DNA from: Lama glama
Lineage: Eukaryota
Assembly (NCBI GenBank): GCA_028534125.1
Contig: CM052838.1
Span: forward strand, 65,286,001 to 65,350,000
DNA length: 64,000 bases
Reading direction: 5' to 3'
Shown: positions 47,061 through 60,900 of the stretch, piece after piece
Numbering within the stretch: position 1 is the first letter of the stretch
Layout of the letters: every line of letters starts with the position of its first letter
Translations under genes and position numbers: made by a program
The notes under the pieces: model-generated
The model's input: the letters and a program-made list of their open reading frames with translations, nothing else
The model's database searches: none
Told to the model about the DNA's origin: nothing

Positions 47061-50000
47061 AAATGGCTGAGCGAAAGAAGAATCGCAGAGCTGCCCCCCC
47101 CGCACTGGCCCCGGCCCCCTCCCAGGGCCCCCCTCCCAGGTGGCCCCCGCTGACCTGACAGTGCACTTGGGCGACTTATTTTTTAAGATCCGTGGAATTT
47201 TGAAAATACGTAGGGAACCCAACCGTCTGCAAGACGAATGGAGTGTTCAGGCTGGAGCCGAGGAGAGAGTTGCCCTGGGTCTGCCACCCTGGGGGCCTCC
47301 GTACAGGACGGGACAGGACGGGATGGGGCAGGACCAGACCTCGCCAGGGTGGCCAGAGGAGGGCAAAAGCGGGAGGCAGGTTTCTGCCCGGAGAGCTAAG
47401 ACCTCACAGTTCCAGCGCCGGCCTCCCTAGAACTGCCTGGCCGCCCCCGCGAGCTGTCCACCCGGGTGTGGCCACCTGAGACCACGCCGCGGACCAGGCT
47501 GGAGCTCAGCGGAGGGGATGCCTCCCCGGTGCGAGGGGCCGGAGCAGAGGGACTGGCGCACGTGGTGGGGGCTCTCCCTGCCTGGGGAGCGGCTGACAGC
47601 CAGCCCCGGTGCAGCGTGCCCTCACGCAAGGGCAGCTGGCGTCTTGGTCCCACGCTGGTCCCACGCTGCGTTTGGATAAACAGAAGAAATGCAGGGATTG
47701 TTAAGGAAAAGTTGCTATTTTAAATTCCACCTCACAGTAAGTGCATGGTTTTATTTCAGACCTTTTCTTTAAAAAGAAATTTGCATATGTTTTTGATGGA
47801 AAGTGGATATTTAAGTTTTAATAAACCACATGGTTGCTTGTCTTGCAGGAGAGGGGTGGCGACAAAGCCTTTTAGCTGCCTGCGGCGGCCACACCACCAG
47901 GAGGACGCTTACCCGAGGCTGCAGACTTCATGGAGCCTGGCCACTGCCCCGGCCCAGATGAGGCCACCCCAAGCCCACAGGCACTGGCCCGCCTTCAGGA
48001 TGAACCTGGGCAAACACAGAGCAGAGTGTCGCGGCCAGAGCAGGAGCACGCCGGTCAGCACGTGCATTCTCCCCACCTCTGTGCCATCGCTGGCCAGGAC
48101 CAGCTGCCCTCTCACTCCCCAGAGGGCCTCCCAGCCAGCGGGGGGCAGCTGCACCTCGGAGGAGGGCCATTTGAGGTGACAGCCACGGCAGGGGCCCTAA
48201 GAAATCAGCCCTGGGCCCCCAGGCCCCGAGGACCCACCTCCACACAACAGGGCCCGGCTGACGCACAAACCACGCCGGCTTCCTAGAGGCGCGAGGGGAG
48301 CCCGGGCGCCAAGGGCGCTGTCCCGGGTGCTGCCCCAGCGCTGCCCAGCCGCACGCGCCCGCCGCCCTCCAGGGCCCACGGGGAAGAGTGGGGGGAGCAA
48401 CTGTAATGGTGCGGTGGGTGCGGCAGGCGCAAGGGGCCTGCGGTCCGCCCTTCGGGAGAGCACGGCCTGGCCTGGCTTTGGAGAACTGGTCAATTTATCG
48501 GCATCCGAGCACGGGGAGGGGGGCCGACACAGTTTACCCCAAAAGCCCATCAGAGTCTCAGATCCATCTATTCCGCCTCGTTTCCTCCAACGGCGTGATC
48601 TCACAGCGCCGGCAAACCGCAGAGCGGCCAGCGTCCAACACGGCCCCGAGCTGCTCACCCACACCCAGGACTCCAAGTCGGACGGGCTTCCTGTGCCTCC
48701 TCCGGGCTCAGTCGCCCCAGGAGACCCTCAGAGACCCCCCCCATAAGAGATGCATCAGGCTCCAACCAAAGTCCCCCCAGGCCCATCCGACCCTCCCTGC
48801 TCCTCCCTCCTGCTTCCCTGCGAGGAAGCAGAGGTGCCCCCACTTGGGTGGGGAGAGGGGAGGTTACGGGGACGTCTGTCTGGGAAACGCAGGCTCCCCG
48901 GCCCTCTCTGGGCTATGGCGTCTCTGTGGGTGGGAAGGAGCTTGTGTGCAGCCGAGAACACCCAGAACACCCGCGTCAGCTGCCCCCGCACCTCGTCCTG
49001 TCTCACACAGACCCGCACCCCGAATCTGGACGCCATTTTCTGATGGCTAATTTTTCCAATCCCCAAAATATCAGAAGGTGGATGTATAGCTAGAAAACAG
49101 TACAGAGACAGCTGGGAAAACAACGCGCAAGGAAAGATGCAAGAAGCTGAGTTTTAAAGAGAATCATGAAATGCCGAAAAGCTGAGGTGTCTGAGGCCAG
49201 CGGGTGGCGTAGCCCACGGCCCACAGACGGAGCCCTGCCCCAGGCCTTGGCACAGGACGGGGGTCCGGGCCTTCACCCTGAGCTGGTTGCGAGGCATTTA
49301 AATGGGGTCCTGGGTGCCGGTTAAATGCAGTCGGAGCCTTCCTGTCACACACGCACACGATGTCTCTGCCCCGGGCACAGCTGCCCGAGTGACCAGGCTG
49401 GTCCACAGCCTGACAGCTCAGAGCAGACACCCCCAGGGATCGTGGACACAGCCGGCTCCCCCACAGCCCCGCTCCCCTTCTCTAACCACCCTCTTCTGGC
49501 TCAAGAGGCTGGATTACCATCCTGGCAAAGGGGTGTGTCTATTTTTGGCCAAACTTGAATAGAATTAAGGAAAGATATGATTTTCAGACAGAGCACAAGG
49601 CTGCTGTTCTCTTGGGGGCTTCCAAAAATAAGAGTCAAAGAACTGAGCAGAGCCAGGAGTCTGCATCCTCGGGGACGTTCTAGTTTGTTGTTTCCAGGAC
49701 AAAAACCCACATGACACGCAGAGGGGGTGGCCGGACTGCAAGACGGTCCCGGAGAGCTGCACGGAGAGGACCAGGGCCCACCTGCTTGCACAGGCCTGGG
49801 CACAAAGCAGGCCACAGCCCGCGCCCTTTCCCGCACAGGGAGGAGGCAGGCTGGGGCTCGCTGGGACCCAGACCCTCAGGAGTGTCGGCGTCCTGCCTCA
49901 CCTGCGGCCCCAGCGGGCTTCTTCTCGTGAGGAGACCTTGGGCCTGGAGAGCCGGCCTGACCCCCGCTGGCCTCCACCGGACGGAGGCCTGAGACCCCTG

Positions 50001-50179
50001 AATCGCCTGCTGGCCTGCATCCCCTCGGGACATCCCCCCGAACACACACACACAGTGAATTCATAGGAGCTCTAGGGACGGGTGAGTGAACGTATCTGTA
50101 ATTCTGGAGCAAGAGGGGCCCTTCTAAGGAGGAAGCAAAGCCCAGAAGCACAAAGGGAGACTGCTTGTCGGACGGGTTT

Positions 50180-51110
50180 GCCTTAATCCTATAAACGTCA
50201 GAAGCTTCTGTGTAGAGAAAAAGCAGCCCAGTTAAAAAAGTCAGAACAGTGCAAACTGGGAGAAGGCATCTGCAATAAATACGACCAGACCAAGGGCGAA
50301 TCTCCTTGCATCACGGCAAACCCACACACATTAGCGAGAAAAAGGCCGAGGCCCTGACGGGCCGGTCACTGCGACACTCGGGGCTCAGACCCAGGACAGC
50401 GTCCCCCTCACCCCACCAACGCGGCACGGAGACGCGCCCGGCCTCCGCCTGTGCTGGAGGCGGCGGGGAGGCTGGCTCACCCCAAGGCGCTGCGGCGGCG
50501 AGCGGGGGCCCTGCCGAAGCGACAGCGACCAGCGTGGGGGCACTCGCTCTTTAAGGCCACAGTGCAGCTGCTGTGAATTCCATGTCAGTGACGCACGACG
50601 TTCATCGAGACCAACATGCAGTGACATTCACAACTTACACCTGCAGACCAGACAGGCCCAAGACAGCCCAGGGGCCTGTGACCAGGGTGGGAGCACCTCC
50701 AGTGAGCGGTACACAGACTGCCGTGCAGACGCCACAGGGCGTGTTGTTCACTGTGTAGACTGTAGACAACGGGTGTTGTCGAGTGGAATACTGCGTAGAC
50801 CTTAAATTCCAGGGGGACAGAAAGACGCCATGAAGCTTTGTAAAAGCCTAGGATGCCCCGGACACGACAGTCTGTTCCTGTAAACCAGGACCTCCACGCT
50901 GGCGGCACACGTGTGTGGAGACACGCACGCACACGCGCGTGACACAGCTTCACTGTCCATCCCCTAGTCCTCTGGGCGTGTGAGTATCTGAACCTGGAAC
51001 GTGAATTACTTTTTCATCCCAGCAGAGATGATCTGGGTGTGAGATTATGGGCTATTTTTGGTTTTCTTCTTTATGCTTCTCTATTTTGTTTTATTTTTTT
51101 AAAAGCATTT
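50180..51110 (+). mobile_element. Highly diverged L1ME-like fragment
   Basis: aaactgggagaaggcatctgcaa...tctgggtgtgagattatgggctatttttggttttcttctttatgcttctct. Confidence 0.5.
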
Positions 51111-51247
51111 GAAATGAGATACAGAAACAGCCCCAGCTGTCCCTTACTTCACCAGACCACCCCTACTGAGAGAAAGAATCCACCTGCCGACTCGCGTCTT
51201 CGGGGACGCGGACCCATGTTTCTCATGCTCATGTGAGTGACTTTTTT

Positions 51248-51427
51248 TAAAAAGTTAAAAAAAATTTTTTTTCCTTACTTTTTTTTTGTTTGTGGGGTTT
51301 TTTGGGGGGTGTGTGTGGTAATTAGGTTTATTTATTTATTTATTTGTTTATTTAATGGAGGTACTGCAATTGAACCCAGGACCTCGAGCATGCTGAGCAC
51401 GCTCTGCCTCTGAGCTATACCTTGCCC
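51248..51427 (-). mobile_element. tRNA-derived SINE, camelid Vic-1-like
   Basis: Reverse complement gggcaaggtaTAGCTCAGAGGcagag...cctgGGTTCAATTgcagtacctccattaaataaacaaataaataaa...cctaattacc: A/B boxes, (TAAA)n tail, degenerate ~20-bp TSD-like flanks. Confidence 0.88.
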
Positions 51428-54059
51428 TTACATGAATGGCTTTTTTTAAATAAAAGAACAAAATATTCTCACACAGCCCCAAGGATATCCTCCTGGAACC
51501 TGACCTGGAAAGCACTGGAAACACTGTCTAAAGAAATTAAAATCTTACCCCAAGAAGAGGGCTTCTGGGGCAAAATGAGCAGATGGGAGGTTCTCGCCCT
51601 GCAGCAGCTGGTCAGGTGGCTTTCATGGCCACCGTCCAGGGAAGCCCCTTCTCCCGGTGCTCGGGCCCTTAGGGTTGGCTCAGGGACCACGCAAGCCTCA
51701 GTCCTCAGCGGGAGAAGCTGGGCGGCCATCTCAGCCCGAGCAGGGAGGGAGGGGGCCAGACATCCCCGTGAGGCCGGAGCCGCGGCCAGGCCACCGTCTG
51801 ACCGCATCCTGCCGACCCGGCCGAGGCGGAGCCCTGGCCACACAAGCGCAGCCGCACGCACTGAGCCGGCGGGGGAGGGGTGCTGGGCTGCACCTGCAGC
51901 CACGCTGTGCTCAGAGAGACACGTGGAGCCCAGCTTAGCGGGGCCTGTGGCCGCAGCAGCCGTGAGGGCCTCGCAGAACCACCCACCACTGCTCCCAAAA
52001 AAAAGCAGATTCACGCCACCCCCTCCCCAGGCCACGTGTCCCCGGGACAGCCAACGCGCCAGCTGGGACCGCAAAGGCTCCCGTGTCACCTTCCCCAGGT
52101 GTCGGGTGCTGCCGCCCTCACGTGGGGAGCAACGCCCCGAGACAGCTGCGCGACGAGGGGCAGCACGGGCGGCAGTGCCCAGCCTGCCCCTGTGCCCGAG
52201 AGCCTTTGCCGCTTATTTAACTGATGGCCGCAGGCTGGGGGTGGGGGTGGTAATGTGCACTGAAGCCCCCACCCGAGGGAAAAAAAGTAAAGCCGATGAC
52301 TGTTAGGAAGAGGCAGCAAAGGGCATTCTGATCGCTCAGCTGCCCTGTGACGAGACAAGGGGCCATCGGTTACATGTCCTGACACCAACTGCCTCTCCTC
52401 GCTGGAACTCAGCCATGGAGGTGACTCTACTGCTCCTGTTTTGTCACCAGAGGGAAGGGAGACAAGCCAGCGGGACCGTATCCAGCCCCGAGCCCGCCCC
52501 TCGGAGGCCGGCCCTGCCCCGAGCTCGCAGGGTCAAGGGAGCCCACGCCCTTCGCTCCCCCACAAAGGGCCACCACCAGCACAGACCCCCACACAGGCGG
52601 CAGACCAGGCGTGGCGTCCAGGGGAGCGAATGGTGAGGCCTGGGCAGAGCGGGTGGGCACCCTGCGGTGGGGGGCAGGGCCGGACTGGGCACCCGGGAGT
52701 CAGCCAAGGCCGTGGACCCAGGGTGACGCCCACCCATGTCAGCATCTGCAGACCCTGCGAAGCAGCCCTGGGAAGGCCCTCCCCACCCCGCGCCGCACGG
52801 CTCAGGGATGAGTGCAGAGACGCGCGAAGGCTGGAGGCACTCGGAGGGGCCTGTAGGACATGGGCAGAGCAGACTGGCGCAAAGGGGCTACTAGAAAATA
52901 AGAAATGTCACTGAGGCACAGGGGTTTTGAGGATCGAAGGCTGAGCAGCGTCCCAGGCAGCCTTTCCCAGCTGTGCCACCCAGCAGCCTGGACACCCCTC
53001 CCCTGGGGCTGAAATGGGCCAGAGACATCCGGAAGGGAGGGCACACATGGTGATGGGAGCTCCTGGCCCATGCTGGGGGAGGGTCTGGCCTCAGGAAGGG
53101 GCCACCCCTACCCCCCGCGCACAGAGGAAGCAGGTGAGGAGCAGTTTGCTCCCTGGAATGAATGGGGCACCGTTCTTCCCTCCAGCTGGAAAAGCTGGGA
53201 GGGTCCGGCTGGCTTTCTGCATCGTGGCGTCTGCTGCAGAGCCGAGGCAGCTGGAGGAGAGGAGGGTGCAGACGGAGGCTGTCATGGAGATGACCCCGCG
53301 CGACAGCGAGGGGCGTGTGCGGTGACAGCACACGGTCTGGCTCCGCGGTGGCGGTGACAGTGTGGAAGCAACCAGCTGTCGCCTCCCACCTCTCCTCCCC
53401 AGGGCCCCAGATGGCGCCCACTTCTCCCAGACTGGCGCCCAGCAGGCCCTGCCCAGCCCCCACCACAGCCAGTGGCCAGGCGCCCAAAGGAGCAGAGGGT
53501 GCAGCACCCCGCAACCGTCAGCCGTGATGAGGGAGCCCACAGCGCCGACCAGTACCTGTCTGGCTCAGAACACACTCCTCTTTGTCACAGATTCTCTAAA
53601 TCTGGGACTTGCCGTTGAGGACTTTTCGGGCATCTGCAGCCTCCAGCCCCACTGGCCAAACGAAGCACAGCATCTCATGGGCCCAGGGGTATGGCATTAA
53701 AGGGGCGACTTCACCAACCAGGCCCGAGACCACCCAGACCCAGACCACCTGTTGCCAGGAGGGTCTAGCCGGGGGTGCCGGGCTGAAAGGGGAGGCTCAG
53801 ATGTCAGCCTCGAGCCCAGGAGGTGGTGGCTGGAGGTGGGGCACACAGGACGGTGCAGGTACCGAGCAGCGCAGCCACCCATGCAGACCTGCAGGCCTTT
53901 CCATCCAGATAAACCACTCAGGGGCTGCAGCCCTGGGACCCCCCACCCCAAAGGCCCAAGGGAAACTCAGTGTAGATCCCCAGATTTAAGGGCTGGGTGC
54001 TCAGTGAACAGCTCCCCCCGCCAAGGGGCTGATGTTCTAACTTGGGAACACTGATGATA

Positions 54060-56520
54060 AACAGTTAATAGGTGGGATAACAAATGGAAAAACAGAAAAA
54101 CAGCACGACTGTAGACTTCAACATACAGTTACATTAAAGCAAATGGATTAACATTCCAATTACAAAGCAGTCATTTTCAGACTGGAGTTTAAAAAGCAAG
54201 CATCAGCCGTGTGCTATTTATAAAGGAACCACATCCCACGGAAGGTACCGGCGAGAGGTGAAGGGTGGAGACCAACCAAAGAAAGTGGGGCAGCCACGTT
54301 ACTATCAAAGCAGGCCTGAGGCCAAGGAACATTACCAGGCGTTTCCTAAGGATAAAAGGTTCAGATTGTCCCGGACACAGCAGCACCGAGCGTACATGCA
54401 GCCAAATACACGAGGCAAAGCCAACCGGACAAAAGGAAGAAACGGACTAACCAACAGGGCTGGAGATTTCACCATCCCTCTCTGTTACTGACAGACAGGA
54501 AAAAAAAAGGAGAGAGAGAAAACACAACACTGGCAGGAGTGAAGCGAGGCATCACTACAGACATTAAAAGAAAAGTAACCTCCTTGCGCCAACAAACACA
54601 GCAACCTGGACGAAACGGACAAGCTCCATCCTTCAAGGACGGGTCACCAACACTAACACGAGAAGACACGGAAAATCTAAACACCCCGTATCTATCAACA
54701 AAATCGAGTTTGTCACTAAAATCTCCCCACAGAGAAAACTCCAGGCTTAGACGGCATCGCTGGTGAAAGCCAGCAGCTGTATAATGGAGAAACAGCACCA
54801 ACCCACATAAACTTCTTCAGAAAACAGAGGAGAGGGAACACTGCCAGCCCGTTTCATGGGGCTGGCCTACACCTGACACCAAAACCAGACAAGGCCACTA
54901 CAAGAAAAGAAAACCTAGACCAATATCCCTAACGAGCATCAATGCAGGAATCATGAAGTATTAGCACGCTGAGTCCAGCAGTATCTAAAGATGAACCGAA
55001 GGATGCAAGACTGGTGGACCGCCCAGAAGTCAGTCAGAGCGACTTACCACGCTGGCTAAATGAGGGCGGTCATCTCCCCAGGTACGGAAAAAGCATCTGA
55101 CGAAATTCAACAACCATTAATGACTCAAAAACAAAAAACACTCTGCACAGGAGGAAGAGGAGACGTCCTCAATCTGATAAGGCAATCTTTGAGAAAGCTC
55201 AGCTGACATTACACTTAATGGTGGAATATTGAACGCTTTCCCCCTAACAGCAGGAAAAAGGCAAGGCTGTCTGCCCCCACGGCCTCTATTCAACATTGGG
55301 CTGGAGGTCCTAGACAGCATAAAAAAGCATGAAGTTGTAAAAAGGAAGAAGTAAACCTGTCTTTGCCCACAAATGACACAACAGTGGCGTAGAAAACCCT
55401 AGGAGGTCTACAATCAGAGACCAGAATAGGGTGATCAGCATGGTTTCAGGATGCAGTCAGTACACAGCAACTTATTTTTTAGACCCATAAACACGTAGGG
55501 ATAAATGAAGTGTGTGCAGCCCCTGCGCACTGAAAATCATGAAGCCGTGCTGACAGAAATTAAAGAAGACCAGAACAAACAGCATGACACGCCACGCTCC
55601 TGGACTGGAAAACTCAGAAGGTAAAGAGATCCGTTCTTTTTGAATTGATCAGTAGTCTCGTGTGACCCCAATCAGTGTCTCAGCCAGCTCATTCTAGGAA
55701 CTGACAAACTGGTTTTAAAATATATACAGGAAGGCAAAGAATCTAGAAGAGTCAAAACAATTCTGAAAATGAAGAACAAAGTTGGAGGGCAAACACGTTT
55801 GCTTCCAAGACCGGCTATAAAACCAGGACAATCAATACAGTGTGGTTTTGGTGTAAAGTCAGACAGACAGGCCAACGGGACAGAAGAGAGTTCAGAAATA
55901 GACCCATGATCATAAGTTCAACGGACTTTCAGGAAAGATGCTAAAGGACTTCAGTGGGGGACGGACGGTCATTTCAACAAGTGGTGCCGGATCAGACAGA
56001 CACCATGTTGCAGAAGGAGGAGGGAGAGGGAGGAGGAGGAGGGATGGGGAGAGAACCTTGGCCCTTTCTATTTGTCAATACAAAAGTCAACGTGAAATGG
56101 AACATAAACAAAAATTAACAGCCGAAGCTATAAAAATTCTAGAAGAAAATAAAGGAAAAAAACCTTTGTGACCAAGAGTTAGGCAGATTTTCTAGAAAGT
56201 ACACGAAAAGAACAAGCCATAAAGGAAGGACTGAGTCACCAAAATTAAAAACTTCTCCTTTTCCAGAATCACCATTAAGAACTGAAAGGAATGATGAGAC
56301 GGGGGGCACTGCCCCTCCTCCCACGCGGCAGCTCCGGTACATGACCAGATTGGCCAGAAAGGGGTACAGGAAAGGTCCTGGGGTGACAGAGATATTCCAC
56401 ACTTGAGTGCAGTGGTGGTGATCTGACTGTATACATTTGTCAAATCTCATTGAAACACATCTTTAGAATTGATTAACTTTATTTTATGTAAATTATGCTT
56501 CAATAAAACTAATTTGAAAA
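54060..56520 (+). mobile_element. Fragmented L1 ORF2 (EN-RT-3' region) fossil
   Basis: acaccaaaaccagacaagg...accaatatccctaacgagcatcaatgc...aaaagcatctgacgaaattcaacaaccatt...ctattcaacatt...ctggaggtcctag; many stops and deletions. Confidence 0.9.
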
Positions 56521-57460
56521 ATTTGACTGTATTTCTATGTACCAGCAGTAAGAAAATCTAAGAACAAAACTGTAAAAATAATGCCACTTACCACAGCACC
56601 AAATAAACATAAAATACTGGGGGAGCAAATTTAATAAAAAATGTACAAGACCTGCAATCCATTTCGGAGAGAAACTAAAGCAGACTTAAGTAAGTGGAGA
56701 GATATACCATGTTCATGGATTGGAAGACTCAATATCATTAAGATGTCCATCCTCCCTAAAATTGATTTATGGATTTAATATAACCCCAACCAAAATCTTA
56801 GACTACGTTTTTGTAGACATTAGCAGGCTGATTCAAAATTTGTAAGGGAACACAAAGGACCTAAAATTGACAAAGCAAATTTGGAAAATGAGCAAGGTTG
56901 GATGATGTTCACTACCTCACTTCAAGATTTACTATAAAAGCTACAAGAATAAAGATGGGGTGTCATCGGTATAAGGAAAGACAGAAAGAGATCCCCGAAA
57001 CAAACTTACACATACAGATCAACTGACTCCTGACAAAGATGCCAAAGTAACCCAGCAGAGACAGGGCGGTCTTCCCAGAGAATGGTGCTGAAGTAGATGC
57101 TACCCCACACTCTGCACAGAAATTAATCTGAAGTTTATCCTAGACTTCAACCTGACTTTAGAGTAGATGGGAATTTCTAGACAAGACCCAGAAATCACTA
57201 ATCAGAACAGGGCACTGAGAGAATGAAGGGGAAAACCAGAGCCTGGGGGAAAGCGTTCACAGCACACACCCACCCAAGGACTGGGGTCCAGGGGTTTAGA
57301 GCTCTCCTGCAGCTCAGTATGAATGCCACACACTGCACAACGGGTGAGAGATGTGAGCTGTCACTTCACACGGTAACTGTGCAAATGGCCAGTCAGCAAC
57401 CGGAAGTCGTCCAAGGCCTCATCACCAGGGAAACGCAGGTGCTCCCGACACCAAGGCTCC
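56521..57460 (+). mobile_element. Second L1 ORF2 3' fragment
   Basis: aagtggagagatataccatgttcatggattggaagactcaatatcattaagatgtc is close to L1 consensus. Confidence 0.88.
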
Positions 57461-57819
57461 CCTTTGTTTATTTTGTTCATCACTTTTGGAGATGCCCGTT
57501 GTCTGCTAACACAGGAGGCAAACATTCTGGAGAATGGCAGAGTCCTCCACAGCCACCAGACATGGCCACGCCTGCTGGACGGAGCCTGCAGAGCCTCTGG
57601 AAAACCAGCCGGCCGCCCTGCGGCCAGAGGTGCCTACATCCCAGACCCCACGAGCACCCCTGGAACCCAGCAGAAAGAGCAGGGCTGAGCCACGTCTGTG
57701 CCCTGCACACTCCAGAACAGCCCCTAAAGGGGACCAGCAAGTGTGACACTGGTCGGTCACAAAGCCCCCAGCTGGGGCTGGTCTCAGCACGTCTGCATCA
57801 ACTCCTCCATTTTCCCTCC

Positions 57820-57960
57820 TGTCCAATTTAGTCACACTCAACAAGCCTTTACTGAGAGCCGCTTACGTGCATGGCCCAGAGTGAGCACAGAGTGGAGTCC
57901 AGAGTGGGCACAGCACGGCCCCGCCCTCGTGGCTTTCCTGGCGCTGGAGAGAGACCACAT
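57820..57960 (-). mobile_element. L2 3' end fragment
   Basis: cactcaacaagcctttactgagagccgcttacgtgc. Confidence 0.5.
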
Positions 57961-60399
57961 TTCAGCACAGGAGACCCCCTGGAGAAGGTGTCAGTGTATC
58001 GGCCTGGATCCCACACCAGGGTTCTCACCCAGAGCCACCCACCCAGGACCAGCATACCCAGGACCACCCACCCTGGGCCGCCCCCCCAGGACCCCCAACA
58101 CCCAGAAGGCCCAGGGGCAGAGGTACCACCAGTCACAGACCTGCTCCCCCCACCACCCTCTTCTGAGAAGGACCTACTCCTCTGCGGGAGCACATCGCTG
58201 GTGCGTTGGCAAGATGAAAAGAGATGTGCTTAGAAGAGAGGGCACTGCTGATGGAAGTGTAATTAACAAGCCGTCTGCACCTTTCAATTAACACAGGCAG
58301 CACACGAGCAACCCTGTGGTCTCTGGAGTGTCGCTTTTTTTTCTTTTTAATTAAAAGCAATTTGAGTTCCTTCTATAAAGGTTTCTGGAGATTCCACCGG
58401 ACACATCCACTGGGTCCGAGGCGAGGACCACCCCGCCTGGCTCCAGGTGACCACTGTCCCCTCTGCTTTCTCAGCCCACGATGCTCTCCCTCCTAGGGCT
58501 GCACCCATGGGGCCCGAGGACCTGTGTCACCTCTGGGAGAGGCTGGGCGGACAAGTCCCCACCCGCAGGAGTAATAAGCCCCAAGTCAAGCTGTGCTGAA
58601 CAACCTCACCCCCCGCCTGCGGCATAGTTCCTGACCCACCCCGGGGGTTCTGACCTCACCTGCAGCTCGGCACGGAGACTCCGGCCTGCACAGCTGGTGG
58701 GTGCAGCCAGCACGGGCCCCAGGCCCGCCTGTGTGTACAAGGCGGCCATTCCTAACCCCCCGCCCCAGTGAGCTGAACGCCGGCAGCGGGAGGCACTCGG
58801 GACTCCACGGCCCTCCCATCCCAGCAGAGAAGGGCGCAGGAGGCAGAGCCCATGCACGGGGTGGACCGCTGGCCTTGCCTCCCCAGCCATATCCTGGGCC
58901 TCTCTCAAGATCCAAGGCTTCCCCTGCAGGGGCCCACGGAGGACTGCAGAGACAGAACCGCTGCGGGGCCTCAGCGGCTCCAGCTGCTGCTTCAAGATGC
59001 AGGAGTGAGAACAGGCAGGGGCAGCAGCCCAAGGGGCAGCCCCACCCTGCCCGGGGCTCCCCGCACCTCCTCGGGGGGCAGCACATGGAAGCCCAGCCAC
59101 GGCGGGTGCACCCCAGACACACACACACACGCCTGTGTCACCTGCACATGCAGGTCAGCCCCAGACCCCTAGGTGAGCCCGGGTGCCCTGAGAGCACTCA
59201 GCCAGGCCCTGGAGTTGGTGACACCAGCCGAGACAGGATAGGCTGTGGCTCCCGGTGCAGGGGCCCTGGGGGACCTGGGTCCCAGGCCGAATGCTGACAG
59301 CCACAGGAGGCCAATGCTTCTCTGAGCCTCTTTGGTCCCGACAGCATCTTTCTGGCCGAGAAACCTTGGCCAGACTGTCCAAAGGGCCAGGGGCTTCTGC
59401 TGCCCAGGGAGGTGGGGTCGCCTTCTGCGTGGTCTCCCAGTGCCAGCCAGGGCCCTTCCCACCGACACAGAAAGCACTGCTGAAGGAACGGTGAGCCCCG
59501 AGGCCTTGATTCGGCTGGACAGCCTCGCTGTCCGGGAGTCAGGGCCCTCGGAGCCTCTCCCTGAGGCATGTTCCTCCGCTCCCTGCACAGGCCCTTCAGA
59601 AGGTCCTCGCCCACAGCCCTCCATGTCCCCTCACCCCTGTTCTCCGGGCCCTGCCCTGTCCAGGTGGGGCCGAGTCACTTGGGCCACGAGAGGGACCTAG
59701 GAGATAAAACCCTGCCCCGTGGGATATTCCGTCTGGGGCCAGGGGCTGAGACGTGACAGATATCACAAGTGGCACAGAACGCAGTCACGGGGTAAGTGCC
59801 CGGAGAGGCAAAGCAGGTGGGGGCTGGCGGGCCTGCAGGCCCAGTTTTAAAGCAGGCCTCCCAGGAAAAGGCAGCACAAAGGCTTGAGGGAGACGCAGTG
59901 GTCGGTGCTCAGGCTGCATCACTGTACCACCCTGCTGCCCAGGCCCGGGGGTGGCCCTGCTGGCCTCTGGGGGGCGGGCCATGTAATGCTTCGGGCAGGG
60001 ACTGTGGGCAGATGCTCCTGGGCCTCCAGGCCAGAGTGCCGCTTGAACACTGAGGCCTCCAGTCTGGCTCCACCCTGGGGCCACACTTCATGTAGGCCAG
60101 TGGGTCGCGGATGAGCCCCTGGTGCCCCAGGATGGAAGGAGCCAGAGAGGGAGTGAGGCCTTGCCCTCCTGAACCTGGGAGAGGATGCCGCTGCAGTGAG
60201 CAGGGCCCACGGTCACACAGACAGATGCCAGTGGCGGAGCTGGGCAGCTCAGGGCCGAGGGAGGAGACCGTGCACGCCTTGTGGAGGGACACCCAGGTGC
60301 TGGGAGGTGGGCACAGCCAGACACTTAGGTAGAAAGCATCACTCTAGCCTCCTGGCAGAGAATATGAGGAAGCCCCTTGAGGATGCGCTGCTCAGAGCC

Positions 60400-60517
60400 C
60401 ATGGAGGGGAGGGGACACGGGAGTTCAGGGCCCGTGGAGGGGAGGGGACACGGGAGCTCAGGGGCCGTGGAGGGGAGGGGACATGGAGAGGCCAGGGCAT
60501 GTGGAGGGGAGGGGACA
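60400..60517. repeat. 33-bp G-rich minisatellite, ~3.5 copies
   Basis: Variants of ggaggggaggggacacgggagttcagggcccgt. Confidence 0.9.
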
Positions 60518-60599
60518 AAAAGTAGAAGAGGGTGCCATAGAGGAGTCAAAAGGCAGCTGGAAGGGTGAGGTCATGAGGCAGCCAACTGCAGGATGCAGG

Positions 60600-60900
60600 T
60601 GGAGGGGCTGGAACTTGATTTTGAATGTCCTAAATGTGACACGTCTGAGAGACACTGGAGTCAGAGACTGTACAGAGAAGTCTGGGATGGGGGAGGCAGG
60701 TCAGGGCTGGAGATATCAACTTGGGAGTCTTCGGCACGCAGATGGCGTCTGAAACCCTACGACTGTCTGCATGACTGAAGCAGAAAGGATAGGAGAGGGC
60801 AGGAGCCCCCGGTGCTCCAGCGTCACAGCAAGGGGAGAGCAGGAGGGTCCGCAGAGGGGCAGAGAAGTGCGCATCCTGGAAGCCCCGCGAGAGGGAAACT
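60600..60900 (+). mobile_element. L2-like fragment
   Basis: ggtcagggctggagatatcaacttgggagtcttcggcacgcagatggcgtctgaaacc. Confidence 0.55.

Noticed and set aside
50383-50405. REST/NRSE-like sequence (ctcagacccaggacagcgtc)
   Set aside because: The left half-site lacks a base and the motif lies in a decayed L1.
51355-51427. tRNA-like A/B-box sequence
   Set aside because: It is a SINE head followed by a (TAAA)n tail, not a tRNA gene.
51422-52306. 294-aa ORF, the longest in the window, and many other 150-250 aa Pro/Gly/Arg/Ala-rich ORFs
   Set aside because: No recognisable domain, many have non-ATG starts, and such ORFs are expected by chance in stop-poor GC-rich DNA.
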